From the NCBI RefSeq assembly GCF_902713615.1, contig NC_052148.1:228121336-228185335 (forward strand): a stretch of DNA of 64,000 nt. The letters run 5' to 3'. This DNA is from Scyliorhinus canicula. Lineage: Eukaryota. This document shows, piece by piece, positions 22,703 through 37,058 of this stretch. A program made the position numbers and the translations under genes. How positions within the stretch are numbered: position 1 is the first letter of the stretch; every line of letters starts with the position of its first letter. Under the pieces are notes generated by a model, which saw only the letters and a list, made by a program, of their open reading frames with translations, was not told where the DNA came from and ran no database searches.

Positions 22703-24967
22703 TGTAGCCATGCTGGCCACGCAAAATGGACACTGAGCCAAAGTAAAATGGAAGACAGAAGGAAAAGCCTGTTTAGTGAGAGCAGACAGTCTGCTCTCAA
22801 CTAATTAGCATTTTGCAAGCAGCAAACCAGTTTCTGGCCAGGTGCAAGATCTCCAAGCCAAAGGTGTTAATGGCAAAGCGCTTAGCATTCTGATGAGGCA
22901 GCCCAGATCCAGGCACGGACAATGGCAACATTTCCATCTCAATGTAACACTTAATTGGTTGCGCAGACAGGATGGCACCAGAGTAACGAATATCGAAACC
23001 ACCCCCCAACACCGAGGAAGGCCCTCGCATTGGAGGATTTCGAAGGTAACCGTTTGGAAACGCTCCAATCGGTACCGAAAGGTAGAGCCCGCCTAGAAGG
23101 GGGCAAGGACATTAGAGAGGGGTATAAAGGCAAATTCCCCACATAGCCCGGTCTGTTAAACCCGTGCTCCGGCTCTGACTGACATCTTGCATCCTGACTC
23201 CAGCCGTTGAGCACCAGCCGCCGAAACCGTAAGTTCAACGCTCGCTACGCGATCCAAGCCCACTAGACTCCCAGTACCAGAACGCTTGCTGAAGGCTGCA
23301 GTACAAGACCAGGACGAAGGCCTCGTTCTCTGACCTTGCCTGTTCCTGTTAGATAAGTATTCTTTTTTTTTTTTAAATAATTTTTATTGAAATTTTTCGA
23401 TACAAACATTTACCCCTATTACATTTTAAATTATAACACCACAAGTCCCCCCTGGAAAAACCTCCCCACGCCCTCCCCCGCGCGCACCCCCCCCCACCCT
23501 CCCTCCCCCCCCCCCCCCCCCCCCCTCCGCGCTATCAGTCTAGCAACCAAACCGTTTTTCCCTTTCTGCCGATGGCCTCGGGCAGTCCTTGCCCGCGACC
23601 CCCCGCTGACGTGCTCCCTTCGTTGCTATCCCCCCCCCCCCCCCCTCCCTTCCCCCCCCCCCCCTTTTTCTCCCCGGGTTGCTGCTGTTTCGGCCTCCGG
23701 TTCCTATCTCTGATCCAGAAAGTCAAGGAAGGGCTGCCACCGCCGGAAGAACCCCTGTACCGACCCTCTCAGGGCGAATTTGATTCTTTCCAATTGGATG
23801 AAGCTTGCCATGTCGTTTAACCAGGTGTTAACACTTGGTGGCCTTGTGTCCCTCCACTGAATCAAGATCCTTCTCCGAGCTACCAAGGACGCAAAGGCCA
23901 ATATTCCGGCCTCCCTTGCCTCCTGTACTCCTGGCTCCACCCCAACCCCAAAAATCGCTAGCCCCCACCCTGGTTTGACCCTGGTTCCCACCACTCTCGA
24001 TACCGTCCCCGCCACCCCCTCCCAGAACTCGTCCAGTGCCGGACACATCCAGAACATATGTACATGGTTCGCAGGGCTTCCCGAACACCTAACACACCTG
24101 TCCTCCCCCCCGAAGAACCGACTCATCCTAGTCCCCGTCATATGGGCTCTGTGCAGCACCTTAAATTGGATGAGGCCCAACCTTGCGCACGACGACGACG
24201 AATTGACCCTCTCTAGGGCATCCGCCCATGTCCCATCTTCTATCTGCTCTCCCAGCTCCGCTTCCCACTTGTCTTTCAGCTCCTCTATCGGTACCTCCTC
24301 CACCTCCTGCATTATTTTGTAGATGTCCGAGACCTTCCCTTCTCCGACCCAGGCCCCTGACAGCACCCTATCACTCGCCCCTCCATCGGGAAGCAAGGGG
24401 AATCCTTCCACCTGTCGTCTGGCAAATGCCTTCACCTGCAGGTATCTAAACGTGTTCCCCGGGGGGAGCTCAAATTTCTCCTCCAGCTCTCCCAGGCTCG
24501 CAAACCTCCCCTCTATGAACATGTCCCTCAGTTGCCTGATGCCCGCCCTGTGCCAGCTCTGGAATCCCCCGCCAGTGTTCCCCGGGACAAATCTGTGGTT
24601 CCCTCTCAGTGGCGCCGCCATCAGACCCCCCACTTCCCCCCTGTGTCGCCTCCACTGCCCCCAGTTTAGATAAGTATTCTGATCACTTAAGTTTAGTTAT
24701 AGCTTAGTCTCTTAGTGTGCGTATGAGTATTTATTATAACTGTATAATAAATATTGATCGTTTGAACCTTACTAATCGGTGTATCGTCTTTATTACTTTG
24801 AACTTGACCTTGGAATACTTGTGACGGTGTCTATACGGCACCTGGCGACTCCAGAGCTGAATAAATACATAGAACAGAGCCTAGTAGTGTTAAGCACACG
24901 TCGAATACGGAGGCGTGTTAATACACTCCAATAAACGCGTTTTACAACCACAGTAAAACGTGCAACA
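22703..24967 (+). mobile_element. Solo LTR (~950 bp without its nested insert), specific to unit B
   Basis: TGTAGC...GCAACA termini, 4-bp TSD GCAT (22699-22702, 24968-24971), TATAAA near 23124; units A and C show the empty site CAGCATCACCC. Confidence 0.88.
23364..24665 (-). mobile_element. 5'-truncated L1-clade LINE nested in the solo LTR
   Basis: 15-bp TSD TTAGATAAGTATTCT (23349-23363, 24666-24680); poly(A) tail and AATAAA on minus; open ORF2 C-terminus 23704-24633 with QFKVLHR..C--C...H-FW-CP zinc-finger region. Confidence 0.9.
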
Positions 24968-26647
24968 GCATCACCCACACTTTCACCCCCCCACCAACGG
25001 GGACCCAGGTCGCAGGATGGGAATCACTCCCAATGTACTGTTTGGGAATCCACCTAGACGTAAGGCCAGAAAGTTAGACACCGATTACGTTGGCCAGGGG
25101 GCAAGGGCACGGTACACTCCGCGGCCCCAGCCTGGAATGCCCGTAACGGCTACAATGGATGCTGCCCTTGAGTGGGCCATCTGATGTCCCTCCGGTGGGT
25201 GGCGTCCGGGTGGAGGGTGTATGGCGGAGTGTGGGGTGCGGGGGTGGGGGCTTAGGGGTATCCATTAGGATAAGTAGAGCAACAATTTAAGAACTTTTTT
25301 TAAAATTGAGGAGGTTCAGGTTGCACGACAGGAGAATTCTCCCTGAGGATCTCCAACACATCCTGCATCCGGATCCTGGAATGAACCAATGTCTTGCATC
25401 AATAGTTCATTGATAATCATAAGGTAAGGATCTTAAAATGGCAAGATGATTTGTAGCTGTCCAATATGTTGATCGCCAAATAAAACAAGGTCATTTCTTT
25501 GCATAGTTTCAGCTCTATGCTGCAATGTACACAAGAACACCCCGAAACTTGCATATTCTATGATGTCCATGAGTCACTTCACCTCCGGCAATGGGTGCTG
25601 GCCCTTCTATCTAAAGCTTGAGGAATGAAGGCTGTATGACACTTCACCAATTTGGCCTTTCCCTCCCAGGGTTTCATGGGCACTGACCTCTCGTTCCTTC
25701 GAGCTTGGCTTTGTGCAACAGAATTTTCAAATGAGCAATCAGCTTGCAAACCCATCCGTCATAAGTGGCTGATTTTGCTTGAGGAGAAAATGAATGCACC
25801 ACAGAGATATTCCCCTTCACCCTTTGAGTTGTTGCTTCATCCGCCAGTCGTATGTTTCGAAGGGGAAGAATGAATAAGTCCACAAGGGTTTATGAGCACC
25901 ATCCAATGATTTAATGAAATATCTGAAAGGAACCCGCTTAAACATGGCAGGCTGACGAACTATAGTCACGTGTGTGACTCGGAGACCTTTCTGGTATGTC
26001 CTCTCAGCCAATTGTCTCAGGGGCCTTGCTACATAACTTGGCTGCTTAATGGATAGTAGATGCTCACACCGCACAGCTATACATCAGGGAGACCAGATGT
26101 CGGATTACTCATTTGATGGTGAGGAAAGCTACAATTTAGATAACTGGCTGACAAATCAAAGGCAGTGTGAGGTCAGGGGGTTAAACCCTCAGACAATGCA
26201 AAACGTGGCAAGTTCACAAAAGCATCGGGTGCCTCAGCCACTCAAATTGTCCTTCCCTGTTCCAGCGTCCTGACATTTCATGAAGAATTTCACCATCCAT
26301 CCTGATGTCACACTCACAAACATCTACTGGATATGTCACAACCCAGTCTTCTACCTCAGTAGGATGGGAACACAAGCCACATCCATAATATCCATTAAAC
26401 CTGGCCGTATTCTGCACGTCAGCACAAATGGGAGAATCTACACAGCAGCGATGGAAGCATCTACTATTTACCAGCACCCCCTCAAATCAACCCCTTCTTC
26501 TGACAGTCAGCTCACTTCATTGCCAGCATCATCCAGGAACATTTCATTTTTGGATTGCATTTTCTGCACCATAATCCAGCTGGAATAAGATTCCCCAGTT
26601 CTGAGTTTTGGAGGAAGCCCATCAATCTAGAGGGGAAAATCAGAAAG

Positions 26648-29024
26648 AACAGGAGGCAGGAAAAGAACAGAAAGCAGGAGAGAACAGAAATCAAGAGAGA
26701 GCAGGAAGCAGGAGAGAGGAGGAAGCAGGAGAGAGGAGGAAGCAGGCGAGAGGGCAGGACGCAGGAGGGAGAGCAGAAAGCAGGAGAGAGAGCAGAAAGC
26801 AGGAGGGAGCAGGAAGCAAGAGGGAGAGCAGGAAGCAGGAGATGAGAGCAGGACGCAGGAGAGAGAGCAGGAAGCAGGAGAGAGAGCAGGAAGCAGGAGA
26901 TGAGAGAAGGAAGCAGGAGAGAGAGCAGGAAGCAGGAGAGAGAGCAGGAAGCAAGCGGGAGAGCAGGAAGCAGGAGAGAGAGCAGGAAGCAGGAGAGAGC
27001 AGGAAGCAGGAGGGAGAGAAGGAAGCAGGAGAGAGAGCAGGAAGCAAGAGATGAGAGCAGGAAGCAAGAGGGAGAGCAGGAAGCAGGAGAGAGAGCAGGA
27101 AGCAGGAGGGAGAGAAGGAAGCAGGAGAGAGAGCAGGAAGCAAGAGATGAGAGCAGGAAGCAAGAGGGAGAGCAGGAAGCAGGAGAGAGAGCAGGAAGCA
27201 GGAGAGAGCAGGAAGCAGGAGAGAGAGCAGGAAGCAGGAGAGAGCAGGAAGCAGGAGGGAGAGCAGGAAGCAGGAGAGAGGAGAAAGCAGGAGGGATAGC
27301 AGGAAGCAAGAGGGAGAGCAGGAAGCAGGAGAGAGAGCAGGAAGCAGGAGAGAGCAGGAAGCAGGAGATGAGAGCAGGAAGCAGGAGAGAGAGCAGGAAG
27401 CAGGAGAGAGCAGGAAGCAGAAGAGAGCAGGAAGCAGGAGGGAGAGCAGGAAGCAGGAGAGAGGAGAAAGCAGGAGGGAAAGCAGGAAGCAAGAGGGAGA
27501 GCAGGAAGCAGGAGAGAGAGCAGGAAGCAGGAGGGAGAGCAGAAAGCAGGAGAGAGCAGGAAGCAGGAGAGAGCAGGAAGCAAGAGGGATTGCAGGAAGC
27601 AAGAGGGAGAGCAGGAAGCAGGAGAGAGAGCAGGAAGCAGGAGGGAGACCAGGAAGCAGGAGAGAACAGTAAGTAAGAGGGAGAGCAGGAAGCAAGAGGG
27701 AGAGCAGGAAGCAGGAGAGAGAGCAGGAAGCAGGAGAGAGCAGGAAGCAGGAGGCAGAGCAGGAAGTAGGAGAGAGCAGGAAGCAGGAGAGAGAGCAGGA
27801 AGCAGGAGGCAGAGCAGGAAGTAGGAGAGAGAAGGAAGCAGGAGAGCAGGAAGCAAGAGGGAGAGCAGGAAGTAGGAGAGAGCAGGAAGCAGGAGAGAGA
27901 GCAGGAAGCAGGAGAGAGCAGGAAGCAGGAGAGAGAGCAGGAAGCAGGAGAGAGCAGGAAGCAGGAGAGCAGGAAGCAAGAGGGAGAGCAGGAAGTAGGA
28001 GAGAGCAGGAAGCAGGAGAGCAGGAAGCAGGAAACAGCAGGAAATAGGAAACCGCAGGAGGGCAAGCGAGAGCAGGAAGTAGGAGACAGCAGGACATAGG
28101 AAGGGGTAGGACGTAAGAGAGTGCAGGAAGCAGGAGAGAGTAGAGAGTATGTGAGAGCATGAAATAGGAGAGAACAGAAAGTATAATAGAACAGGAACTA
28201 GGATAGAGCAGAAAGTATGAATGAGCAGGAAGTGGGAGAGAGGAGGAAGTGGGAGAGACAGGAAATGTGAGAGAGTAGGAGACAGCAGGATTCAGGAAAG
28301 AACAGGAAGCAGGAGAGAGTAGGAGAGAGCAAGAAGCAAGAGAGCAGGAAGCAGTGGAGAGGAGGAAGCGGGGAGAGGAGGAAGCAGGGGAGCGGAGGAA
28401 GCAGGAGAGGAGGAAGCAGAAGAGACGAGGAAGCAGGAGAGAGGATGAAGCAGGAGGAAGCAGAAGAGAGCAGGAAGCAGGGGCGAGGAGGAAGCAAGAG
28501 AGAGGAGGAAGCAGGAGAGAGAGGAGGAAGCAGGAGAGAGAGCAGGAAGCAGGAGAGAGAGCAGGAAGCAGGAGAGAGAGGAGGAAGCAGGAAGCAGGAG
28601 GAAGCAGGAAGCAGGAGAGAGGAGGAAGCAGGAGAGAGGAGGAAGCAAAAGAGAGGATGAAGCAGGAGGAAGCAGGAGAGACGAGGAAGCAGGGGAGAGG
28701 AGGAAGCAGGAGAGAGGAGGAAGCAGAAGAGAGGAGGAAGCAGGAGAGGAGGAAGCAGGAGAGAGCAGGAAACAGGGGAGAGGAGGAAGCAGAAGAGATT
28801 AGGAAAGAGGAGAGGGCAGGAAAGAGCAGGGAGCAGGGGAGAGCAGGGAGCAGGGGAGAGCAGGGAGTAGGAGAGAGCAGGAAGCAGGGGAGAGCAGGGA
28901 GTAGGAGAGAGTAGGAAGCAGGTGCGAGCAGGAAGCAGGAGAGAGTAGGAAGCAGGTGAGAGCAGGAAGCAGGGGAGAGGAGGAAGCAGGAGAGAGGAGG
29001 AAGCAGGGGAGAGGAGGAAGTGGG
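26648..29024 (+). repeat. Purine-rich compound minisatellite, unit B (expanded)
   Basis: Same units; first sub-array about twice as long as in unit A. Confidence 0.95.
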
Positions 29025-29611
29025 GCTTAGGGCTCCATCTCTGCTCTGTCTCATTGTCCCTTCCACAGGATAACATAGAATGTACAGCGCAGAAACAGGC
29101 CATCCAGCCCAGCAAAACCAAGCCAGTCTTTCTGCTCCAGTTGAGCCTTTTCCCACCTTTTCCCATCTAAATCTATCATTGCAATTCTCTTTTTCCTCCT
29201 TCCACAGTATCCCCTGAAATAAATCGATCATTTGCTTCAACCATTCCCTGTTGTAGTGTGTTCGACAATCTCATCGCCCTTCATTAGTAGTTTCTTCTGA
29301 ATTCTTTACTGCTCTAACGTCCAGGGAGGAATTCTAACTTGACCAGCTGTATTTCTGCCTTGTTCATCTTCTTCATGGACAGTGTTCATTGTAAAATTAA
29401 TTTTCACTTTAATATCACCTACATTGAATGTGTCAATGTGTTCATTACAAAACCTTCCATTCATTTTAGTTGGAATTAAGAGTTAATTTTGACCACCTGG
29501 CTTTGAAAAAGAAAGTAAAGATTCTAATTGAAGTGCTCCGAAAGATGTAATTAACAAATAAACACATTTCCAGTTTAATTTTACCATACATTGTTTCATC
29601 AATAATTAGCT

Positions 29612-29690
29612 TTGTTGTAATTCCACACATCCGGAGAAATTCCAAAATGAGCCAACTCCTCCGAGTGAGTCACAGATTTCTGGCTATAAA
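29612..29690 (+). promoter_or_regulatory. Proximal promoter of copy B
   Basis: TGTTGTAAT, GGAGAAATTCC 29633-29643, TGAGTCA 29666-29672, TATAAA 29685-29690. Confidence 0.8.
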
Positions 29691-29780
29691 TACAGCATGT
29701 GAGCCTCAGTAGGTCAGTCACAGGCAGCAGCAGCAGCACAGCAGCAAGAAGATAAAAGATCACCAAACAAGTAAAGCACA

Positions 29781-31782
29781 ATGAACAGCAAAGATACTCT
29801 CGTCGTTCTCGCTCTCCTGGCACTGGGAGTGTTATCCATACAAGGTAAGAAATCTCTAGTTTCACAGCATCTATACAGCATCTATAATGATATGGCTCCT
29901 TTTCCCTGCTGATTCTGCTGCATATTGTAGATGACATTGTACAGCAAGAGGAATTCTTCTCAATATTTATTGAAACATATGGCAATTGTTCAATGTTTGT
30001 GTGACTCTTTAGACAGAAGACTTCAGCAGAGTTGGGAGTATATGTAATTAGAATGAATGGGATAGATTTTATCATGGGCTTCCGAACACAAATATCAAGT
30101 TGCACGGCTGGACCCAAGCTGGGACCATAATTATTCAGATTGGTTGCTTGGCTCACTGGATCAGACAGATGATTTGCCTCACAGTGCGCCTCCTGTCAGC
30201 TGTTGGCAAACCTCCCCAGTGACAGGGAGCCATCCTGGCCAAACTCCCTGCTATCTCACCAATCACTACTGTCTCCGTTTCCTCTACTGGCGGCTGGTAA
30301 AATTCAGTCCAACGAGCATGTGTCAAAATCATTGGAAAATTGATGGAAGTTACTAAAATAATTTTGGCACAGGAAAAATTTGAAACTCTTTTTTCGATTA
30401 GTTTGAGTGCTGCCAATTATTACAACAGGAATGCAAGCCCTCCTTTCACCTTGGGGTGCTGATTCACTGAGGTTCCTGTTGAAGTGCTTGGTATCAGAAA
30501 GGTGACAGTCAGGAAGATTATTATAGAGGATAGCTAGCAGTTTAGTCCCAGCAGAGAATGTGGAGCACATGAGAGGGACACCCTGTGCAAATCTGGAAAT
30601 CAATCCATTTGTTTAATTTACAGCTGCATCGATTGGAAACACAGGAATGAACCTCCGCTGCCAGTGTATCAAAACACATTCAAAATTCATCCACCCGAAG
30701 CACATCGAGAACATCGAAATTATACCAAGTGGTCCTCACTGCGGGAACGTTGAAATTATGTAAGTGTTTAATTCCTCTTCAGTTTCCTGTATTGTAAAAA
30801 CACAGCAATTATTCTAGGTTTAAATAGGAGTTCAAGCTTCTTACAAGAGGGTGAATGGCTAATGATCAATGTCATTCTTCATTTCTTTCAGTGCCACCCT
30901 TAAAAGTACGAATCGTGTGTGTCTCCATCCTGATGCTGGCTGGGTGAAGAGAGTCATAGACAGGATGATCAAACAGTAAGTTTCATTCTGTGTAGGGTGA
31001 GGGTGGGGAGGTTTCTTTTTTCACTGTACTTTTATTGAGTTTCCCACTTTCTGTTAGATCACAATATCTAATTCTGTCCAGTCAGGTGTGGTATAAGTCA
31101 GGCCTTCCTACATTTACTCAAACCCAACCTCAGCAAAATACTCTTGATCATTTTCTCATCATGTGTCAGTGAATCAGTACACCTTGTGACTGGGCACTGA
31201 CCACTAGGAGAATGCCAGGGATTGCTGGTTTGTGCTGGGTTAGACAACTAGAGCAGAAAGCTCCCAGTGTTGGTTACATAGACCCAAACCTAGTGAAGGA
31301 AAGCAGTCCACACGGTTCCTGCTCCTCGTCACTATCCAGTGAGTGCACCCGTTACCACGGGTGATCTTGAAATGGGCTCAAGGCAGGTGCAGGATGGGAA
31401 ATAATAGTCTCATCGTCAAACAGCTCAAGAACACTCCAGGAATGGCCACCCAAAGGAGATGCCAGAGTATATGAAACTATAGTTCCCAGATGGAACAAGA
31501 TTGTCAACACAATGCTGGGCTGAAGCTGCAGTCAATGTTGAATATGTTAGTAGATGACATGACCCTTCAGGGATGATCTTCAATCTGAATGTTTAACATT
31601 CTGATTCAATTAAATGTATTACTACTTAATATTTCATTCAGCTTCAAGTAAATGTTGTAAATATATCCAGTTAATTTCCGACCTAACATACTTTGAAAGC
31701 ATTTTGTATTTCATATCTTTGTATGGCGTAAACTTAATTTCTTCATTCTCTCATTTTCCATAGTTCCAAGAAGATGAATTAA
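29781..31782 (+). CDS. CXCL8: CXCL8/IL-8-like chemokine, copy B (exons 29781-29844, 30624-30759, 30892-30975, 31764-31782)
   Basis: Same exon structure and intact splice sites. Protein identical to copy A (CAA>CAG synonymous). Intron 3 is 44 bp shorter. Confidence 0.93.
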
Positions 31783-32514
31783 CCTCGCCGAAGAGAAGCT
31801 CAATTCTTCTTGTCAAGAGATTAGAAAACACTGGTAGAAAGTTGGGATTTTCCATCTGCCTGCCTGGCTTGGCGCAGACCCGTCACAGTCAATGAGGTTC
31901 AACTTAGCTTGAAGTGTTTCTGTTTATTGAACTGTTTTAGCACCTGGAACACTGAAGCATGAACATTTCCTTCGGTAATTAGGCCCCAGCTCTTTGGAAT
32001 AATTACTTTTCATTGTTATTCAACCGAATTCTTAACACTTGCTGCCATGTAGCAGTGTTACAGGATGTAGTTACTCAATGGTATATTGTTCAGTATGACA
32101 AATTGTCAGTCAAGTGTTTGCTATTTATGTCTATTTTATTATCCAGATATCTCTAAAAATGGTTGATTTTACTACTGGGTTCCAAGAATTATGTTGCATT
32201 AATAATTAAAATGTTTATTGATTTGTGATTGTTTTCCTAATAAGAATTTGGGCAGGATTCTGCGGTCCCCCAGCCTTGTGTTTCTCGGTGGCATTCCATT
32301 CGTTGGAGGAGGGATTCTATCCTCCTGCCGCTTGTCAATTTGATTTCCCACCGGAAAGATCCATGCCGCCGGGAAATCCGCGAGCGGGAGTGCATTGTCG
32401 GGAACAGTGAATTGCAGCGGCTGGAGAATTCCAGCCTTTATCTGAAGCTTTTCTCTTTAATTTATTATTATATTATTAATATGGAATGGAAAGATTGTGG
32501 CTGTACATGTCTTG

Positions 32515-32534
32515 ATTTATTTATTTAAAATAAA
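32515..32534 (+). promoter_or_regulatory. ARE plus polyA signal, copy B
   Basis: Identical motif; AATAAA at 32529-32534. Confidence 0.7.
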
Positions 32535-35500
32535 CATTTTAAAAATTGGAATTGTTTTGTCTTGCTTTGCAAGTTGCCAGAATGTCCTGTTTTCTAAAGA
32601 ATGTGAGAATAATGCAGCAAGCAACAAAAAGATAGCTGTAACCATTATTGATCCGCAGGTATAGAGTTTTCTTTAAATGACCTTTATCTGTGACTGACAC
32701 CTTTAAGAAGTGTCCACAGGTGACCTGTGGGGGACAGGACACATGGGTTTGCTGCATTGTTCATTCACATTCCCCGTGTGGCTTTCACTGGTGTAAAACC
32801 AACCTGAGGAGCTGATCTACTTTGAAGCTTCTGGGTAGGTTGTTAAAAAATGCAGTAGGATGAATTTCCCCCGCCTTTTCGGAATACTAGCAGGGGCTTT
32901 GGCTGAGAAAGGAACTTTGGGCGGAGGCTGCCTCTGCCACTTCTCTACCTTTACAACAACAACTCGCATTATATTACACATTTGATAGAATTTTAAAAGT
33001 CCCAAGGCATTTTCACAGCAGCAAAACATGGACATGGAGCGTCGCAAGGAGATAGTTGGGCGGATGGCCAAGCGTTATGTCACCAAGGTGGGCTCTAAGG
33101 AGGGTCTTTAGAGAGAAGAGAAAGATGGAGAGGCTCAAGGAGGCCGTCGCAGAGTTTAAGGCCTACAGTCATCAATAATGGGGAGTCCAAAACAAGGTCA
33201 GTCATTTAGTGCAGAAAGGAGAACATTTCTTCACTCAAAGGATTGTGAATCTTTGGAATTCTCAAACCCAGGAAACAATGGATTCTCAGCCATTAGCCGA
33301 GTAAGAGCAAGACAGAAGCCAGAGTGTCGGTCAGGCAGTGAGCGAAGGGTTATGAAGATAATGCAGGAGGGTGGAGTTGAAGCTGAAGGGATCAAACATG
33401 AGTAAGGGGTATATATGCCAGGCCATTGATTCCCTTTGCAGGGGACTAGCTCATTTATTTGGCTTTGACATCACGATGAAGCAGTGGAGAGACATTTTAG
33501 GGGGTTTTCCCCTTCCCCAAGCTTCCGGACGCTTTTGAGAGCACGGAAGTCACAATCCTCCAGCACCATCTCACCTGAGACGAGGAAGGGATTCCACTCC
33601 ATGGATATGCAGCTAGTTTGTGACGGTACTCAGAGCCTCCTTCATGTCAACACTCCATATCCTAGATTACCTCCCCCCCCCCCCCCCCCCCCCCCTCCCC
33701 ATCCCCTCCCCACCCCCCCTCCCACCAGCCCCGAAGATTTCCAGGGGTATGGGATTCCCGGCAATAGCCGAGGTGTTTCAAACTCCCAATTGGAAACTCC
33801 CCTGCAATGTGAATTAGATAATGTGATTCAAAACCCAAACTTTGCATAGTTCTGGTGTGCTACATCCATAATTACCAAGATAAAATTAAAAACCACTTCT
33901 GCCTTCTGGGTAACTATTTTACAGACCTTTTCCCATCCCAGTACACCAAGATCCCAGCCTGGGGATCCTCCATGGAACACTCAACACCTCACGTGACCTC
34001 TCTAATCCAGAACTGGACCACCCCACCTACTCCAAACATTGCCCCAATCAGCCCCCCCCCACCGGCCCACAGACAGTCTCCCCCAATCCACATGGCTCCT
34101 CCTGACTGCATTCCCGCCCCAACAGCCCGGTACTCACCCCCCACTGACTGATCCCCCCAAAAACCACCCCAAATGAGACCCCCAACTGACACAACCTATT
34201 GATTGACCGAATGATCCACCAACTGACTCCCCTGGCTGCAACCCCCCAACTGACTCCCACCCCCCGACTGACTCCCCTGACTGACTCCCCCTGACTGACT
34301 CCGCCCCCCCGACTTACTCCCCTGACTGGCTCTCCACTGACTGACTCCCCCTGACTGACTCCGCCCCCCCCAGACTGACTCCCCTGACTGACTCCCCCCG
34401 ACTGACTCCACCCCTCACCTCCTCCCAACTGACTCCCCTGACTGCTCTCCCCTCTGGCTCACACCCACCCAGCAGAAACACCCCCAACACTTGACTGACA
34501 CCCCAAATCAGAGCCCCAACAACTGACACCCCCACCTGAGAACCTGACTGACACTCACACTGACGTTCCATGTGTGACCCTCTGACTCACCTTCTCACTG
34601 ACTCCTTCCCCACTAACCCTCCCTGACTGATGCCCCCCCCGACTTACCCCCGCCGACTGATTCTCCCAACTGACCCCCACGACTGATTCTCCCAAACGAT
34701 CCCCCCCTGACTGATTCTCCCAACTGACCCCCCCCCGACTGATTCTCCCAACTGACTCCCAAACGACCCCCCCTCGACTGATTCTCCCGACTGACCCCTC
34801 CCCGACTGATTCTCCCAACTGACCCCCCCTCGACTGATTCTCCCGACTGACCCCTCCCCGACTGATTCTCCCGAGTGACCCCCCTGACTGATTCTCCCAA
34901 CTGACCCCCCCCGACTGCTTCTCCCGACTGACCCCCCGCCGACTGACCCCTCCCCGACTGACCCCCCCGACTGATTCTCCCAACTGACCCCCCCCGACTG
35001 ACCCCTCCCCCGACTGACCCCCCGACTGATTCTCCCGACTGACCCCTCCCCCGACTGACCCCCCCGACTGATTCTCCCGACTGACCCCTCCCCAGACTGA
35101 TTATCCCGACTACTCCTTCCTGAGTGACTGCCCGCCGACTGATTCCACTCCCAACTGACTTCGCCCCCGACTCACTCCCCACCACGACTGATTCCCCCCC
35201 ACCCGACTGACCCTACCCCGACTGACTTCCAGTCTTGCCCTGACAGTCACCTCCCCGGTTGGCCCAGCCCCAACTTACTCCCCTCCCCAGAATGGCACCC
35301 CCAAGTGACTCCATCCTGACTCACCCACAGATTGACTCCCTCCTGATTGACACCCCCTGGTTGATTCCCCCCCCTACTGACCACTCGACTGATCACCTGA
35401 TCGACCCCGTCGACACCTTCGACAGATGCCCCCTGAATGAAACCTCCTGACTGACCCTCGCCCGCTATTGACATCCCCCCCCCGACCGACCCCTACTGAC

Positions 35501-37058
35501 CCCCCAGACTGACTCTCCCCCAAGAGACACACTCAACTGACTCCCTCCTGATTGACCCCCAGTACTTACCGGCACTAAGGGGAGCGAATTGTTCACTGGC
35601 AAGATTCTCCATTCCGCTGGCTACGCACCCCCACCCGTGGGTTTGCTGGCAGCATCGGGTGGACACAAGGGAAATCCGATTGGCCAGCGGCAGAAACATA
35701 AAATCCCACTGCTGGCAAAGACACTCCGCCAAGGGACATGTGGCTGGGGAGGGAGGGAATTCACCCCATGGACTTTGCATCCTTATTTGCATTGGCACAA
35801 TTAGCAAAACCATACCACACAAAATCATCTTTACACTGCTTTATTCGCAAGTTAAGTTTCTTCTTTGTAGACTGTTAACCAGAGACCCTGGAGCTCTGTA
35901 CATAGCTAACATTAGCATTGCTCTGTCCTGCCCAATTCTCTCCTGCGCAACACTCTCCCAATATGAGATCCTGGGCAGAAGGTGCACTGTTTATTTGTGC
36001 CTCTGGCTGTCTCTACCATGTACGAAAATGATCCATCTTCACAGTACTCTTGCCTTGCTTGTCAGGGCCAGAATTGCTGATCCTGAGGCCGTGTTGACGC
36101 TGCCGGGAAACGCAACGGCGTTTCCGATGGTCTCAACTTTTAGCCTCAGGATCACAGAATCCCGCCCATTGTATTGGACGAGACCACTTGTGAGGTCACA
36201 GAGGCCTGTTACGAGTTAACCACAATGGTGTGAAGCAGAAGTTGAATATAAACCAGATCAGATGACACGGAACGTTTGCTTCCCTAATGAATATATGTGG
36301 CCTACTCGATGTTCCTGTGACAATCAAACAACTTCCTCACGATTCGCACCGATAAAGGGTGAGATATCTGAGAAATTGAATCTGGTCGGGGCCCACCGAT
36401 TCACGTGCAGGCCTGTGCCATGGGGGCACTCTATTGTTCCGCACCGGAGGCCATGGTCCTCCGCCATTCCCGGTGCAAAAGTGAATCCCTCTGAGCATGC
36501 GCGGGAATGACGCCAGCACGCGCTGGCGCTCCCGCACATGCGCCGACTCGCACCAGCCGGTGGAGGCCCTACGGCGCCGATTGGTGCGGTGCCAAGCCCC
36601 TTTCCCGCTGGCTGGCGGGGCGCCAACCACTCCGGGGCGGGCCTAGCCCCTGAAGGTGCGGAGAACCAGGAAAGGGTTCGCGCCACTCCGTCCCGCCGGG
36701 ACCCCCCGCCCCGCTGGGTACAAGAGAATCCCACCACTAATTTTTCGAGTCCAATGACTCTTTGTCAAAGGTGTGCAGGTTAGGTGGATTGGCCTTGCTA
36801 AATTGACCCTTAGTGTACAAAGATGTGTAGGTTATGTGGGGTTGCAGGGATGGAGTGTGGGGGTGGGCCTAGATGGGGTGCTCTTTCAGAGTGTCAGTGT
36901 GGATTCGATGGGCCAAGGAGCCTCCTTCTGCACTGTAGGAATTCTATGTACTTGACCTCATTCTGAGCAATATACTTGTGGCAGATGTGGCTGTCCATGA
37001 CAGGATTGGTAGAAGTGATCACCACACAGACCCTAAGGGCCAAAGTGAATCTTCACAC

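Noticed and set aside
26512-29240. Long ORFs (up to 849 aa) of LLLPALS/SCFLL or ERAGSRR repeats, also at 3276-5461 and 47137-48989
   Set aside because: Translations of a T-poor minisatellite that is open in several frames on both strands; lengths and frames are not conserved among units.
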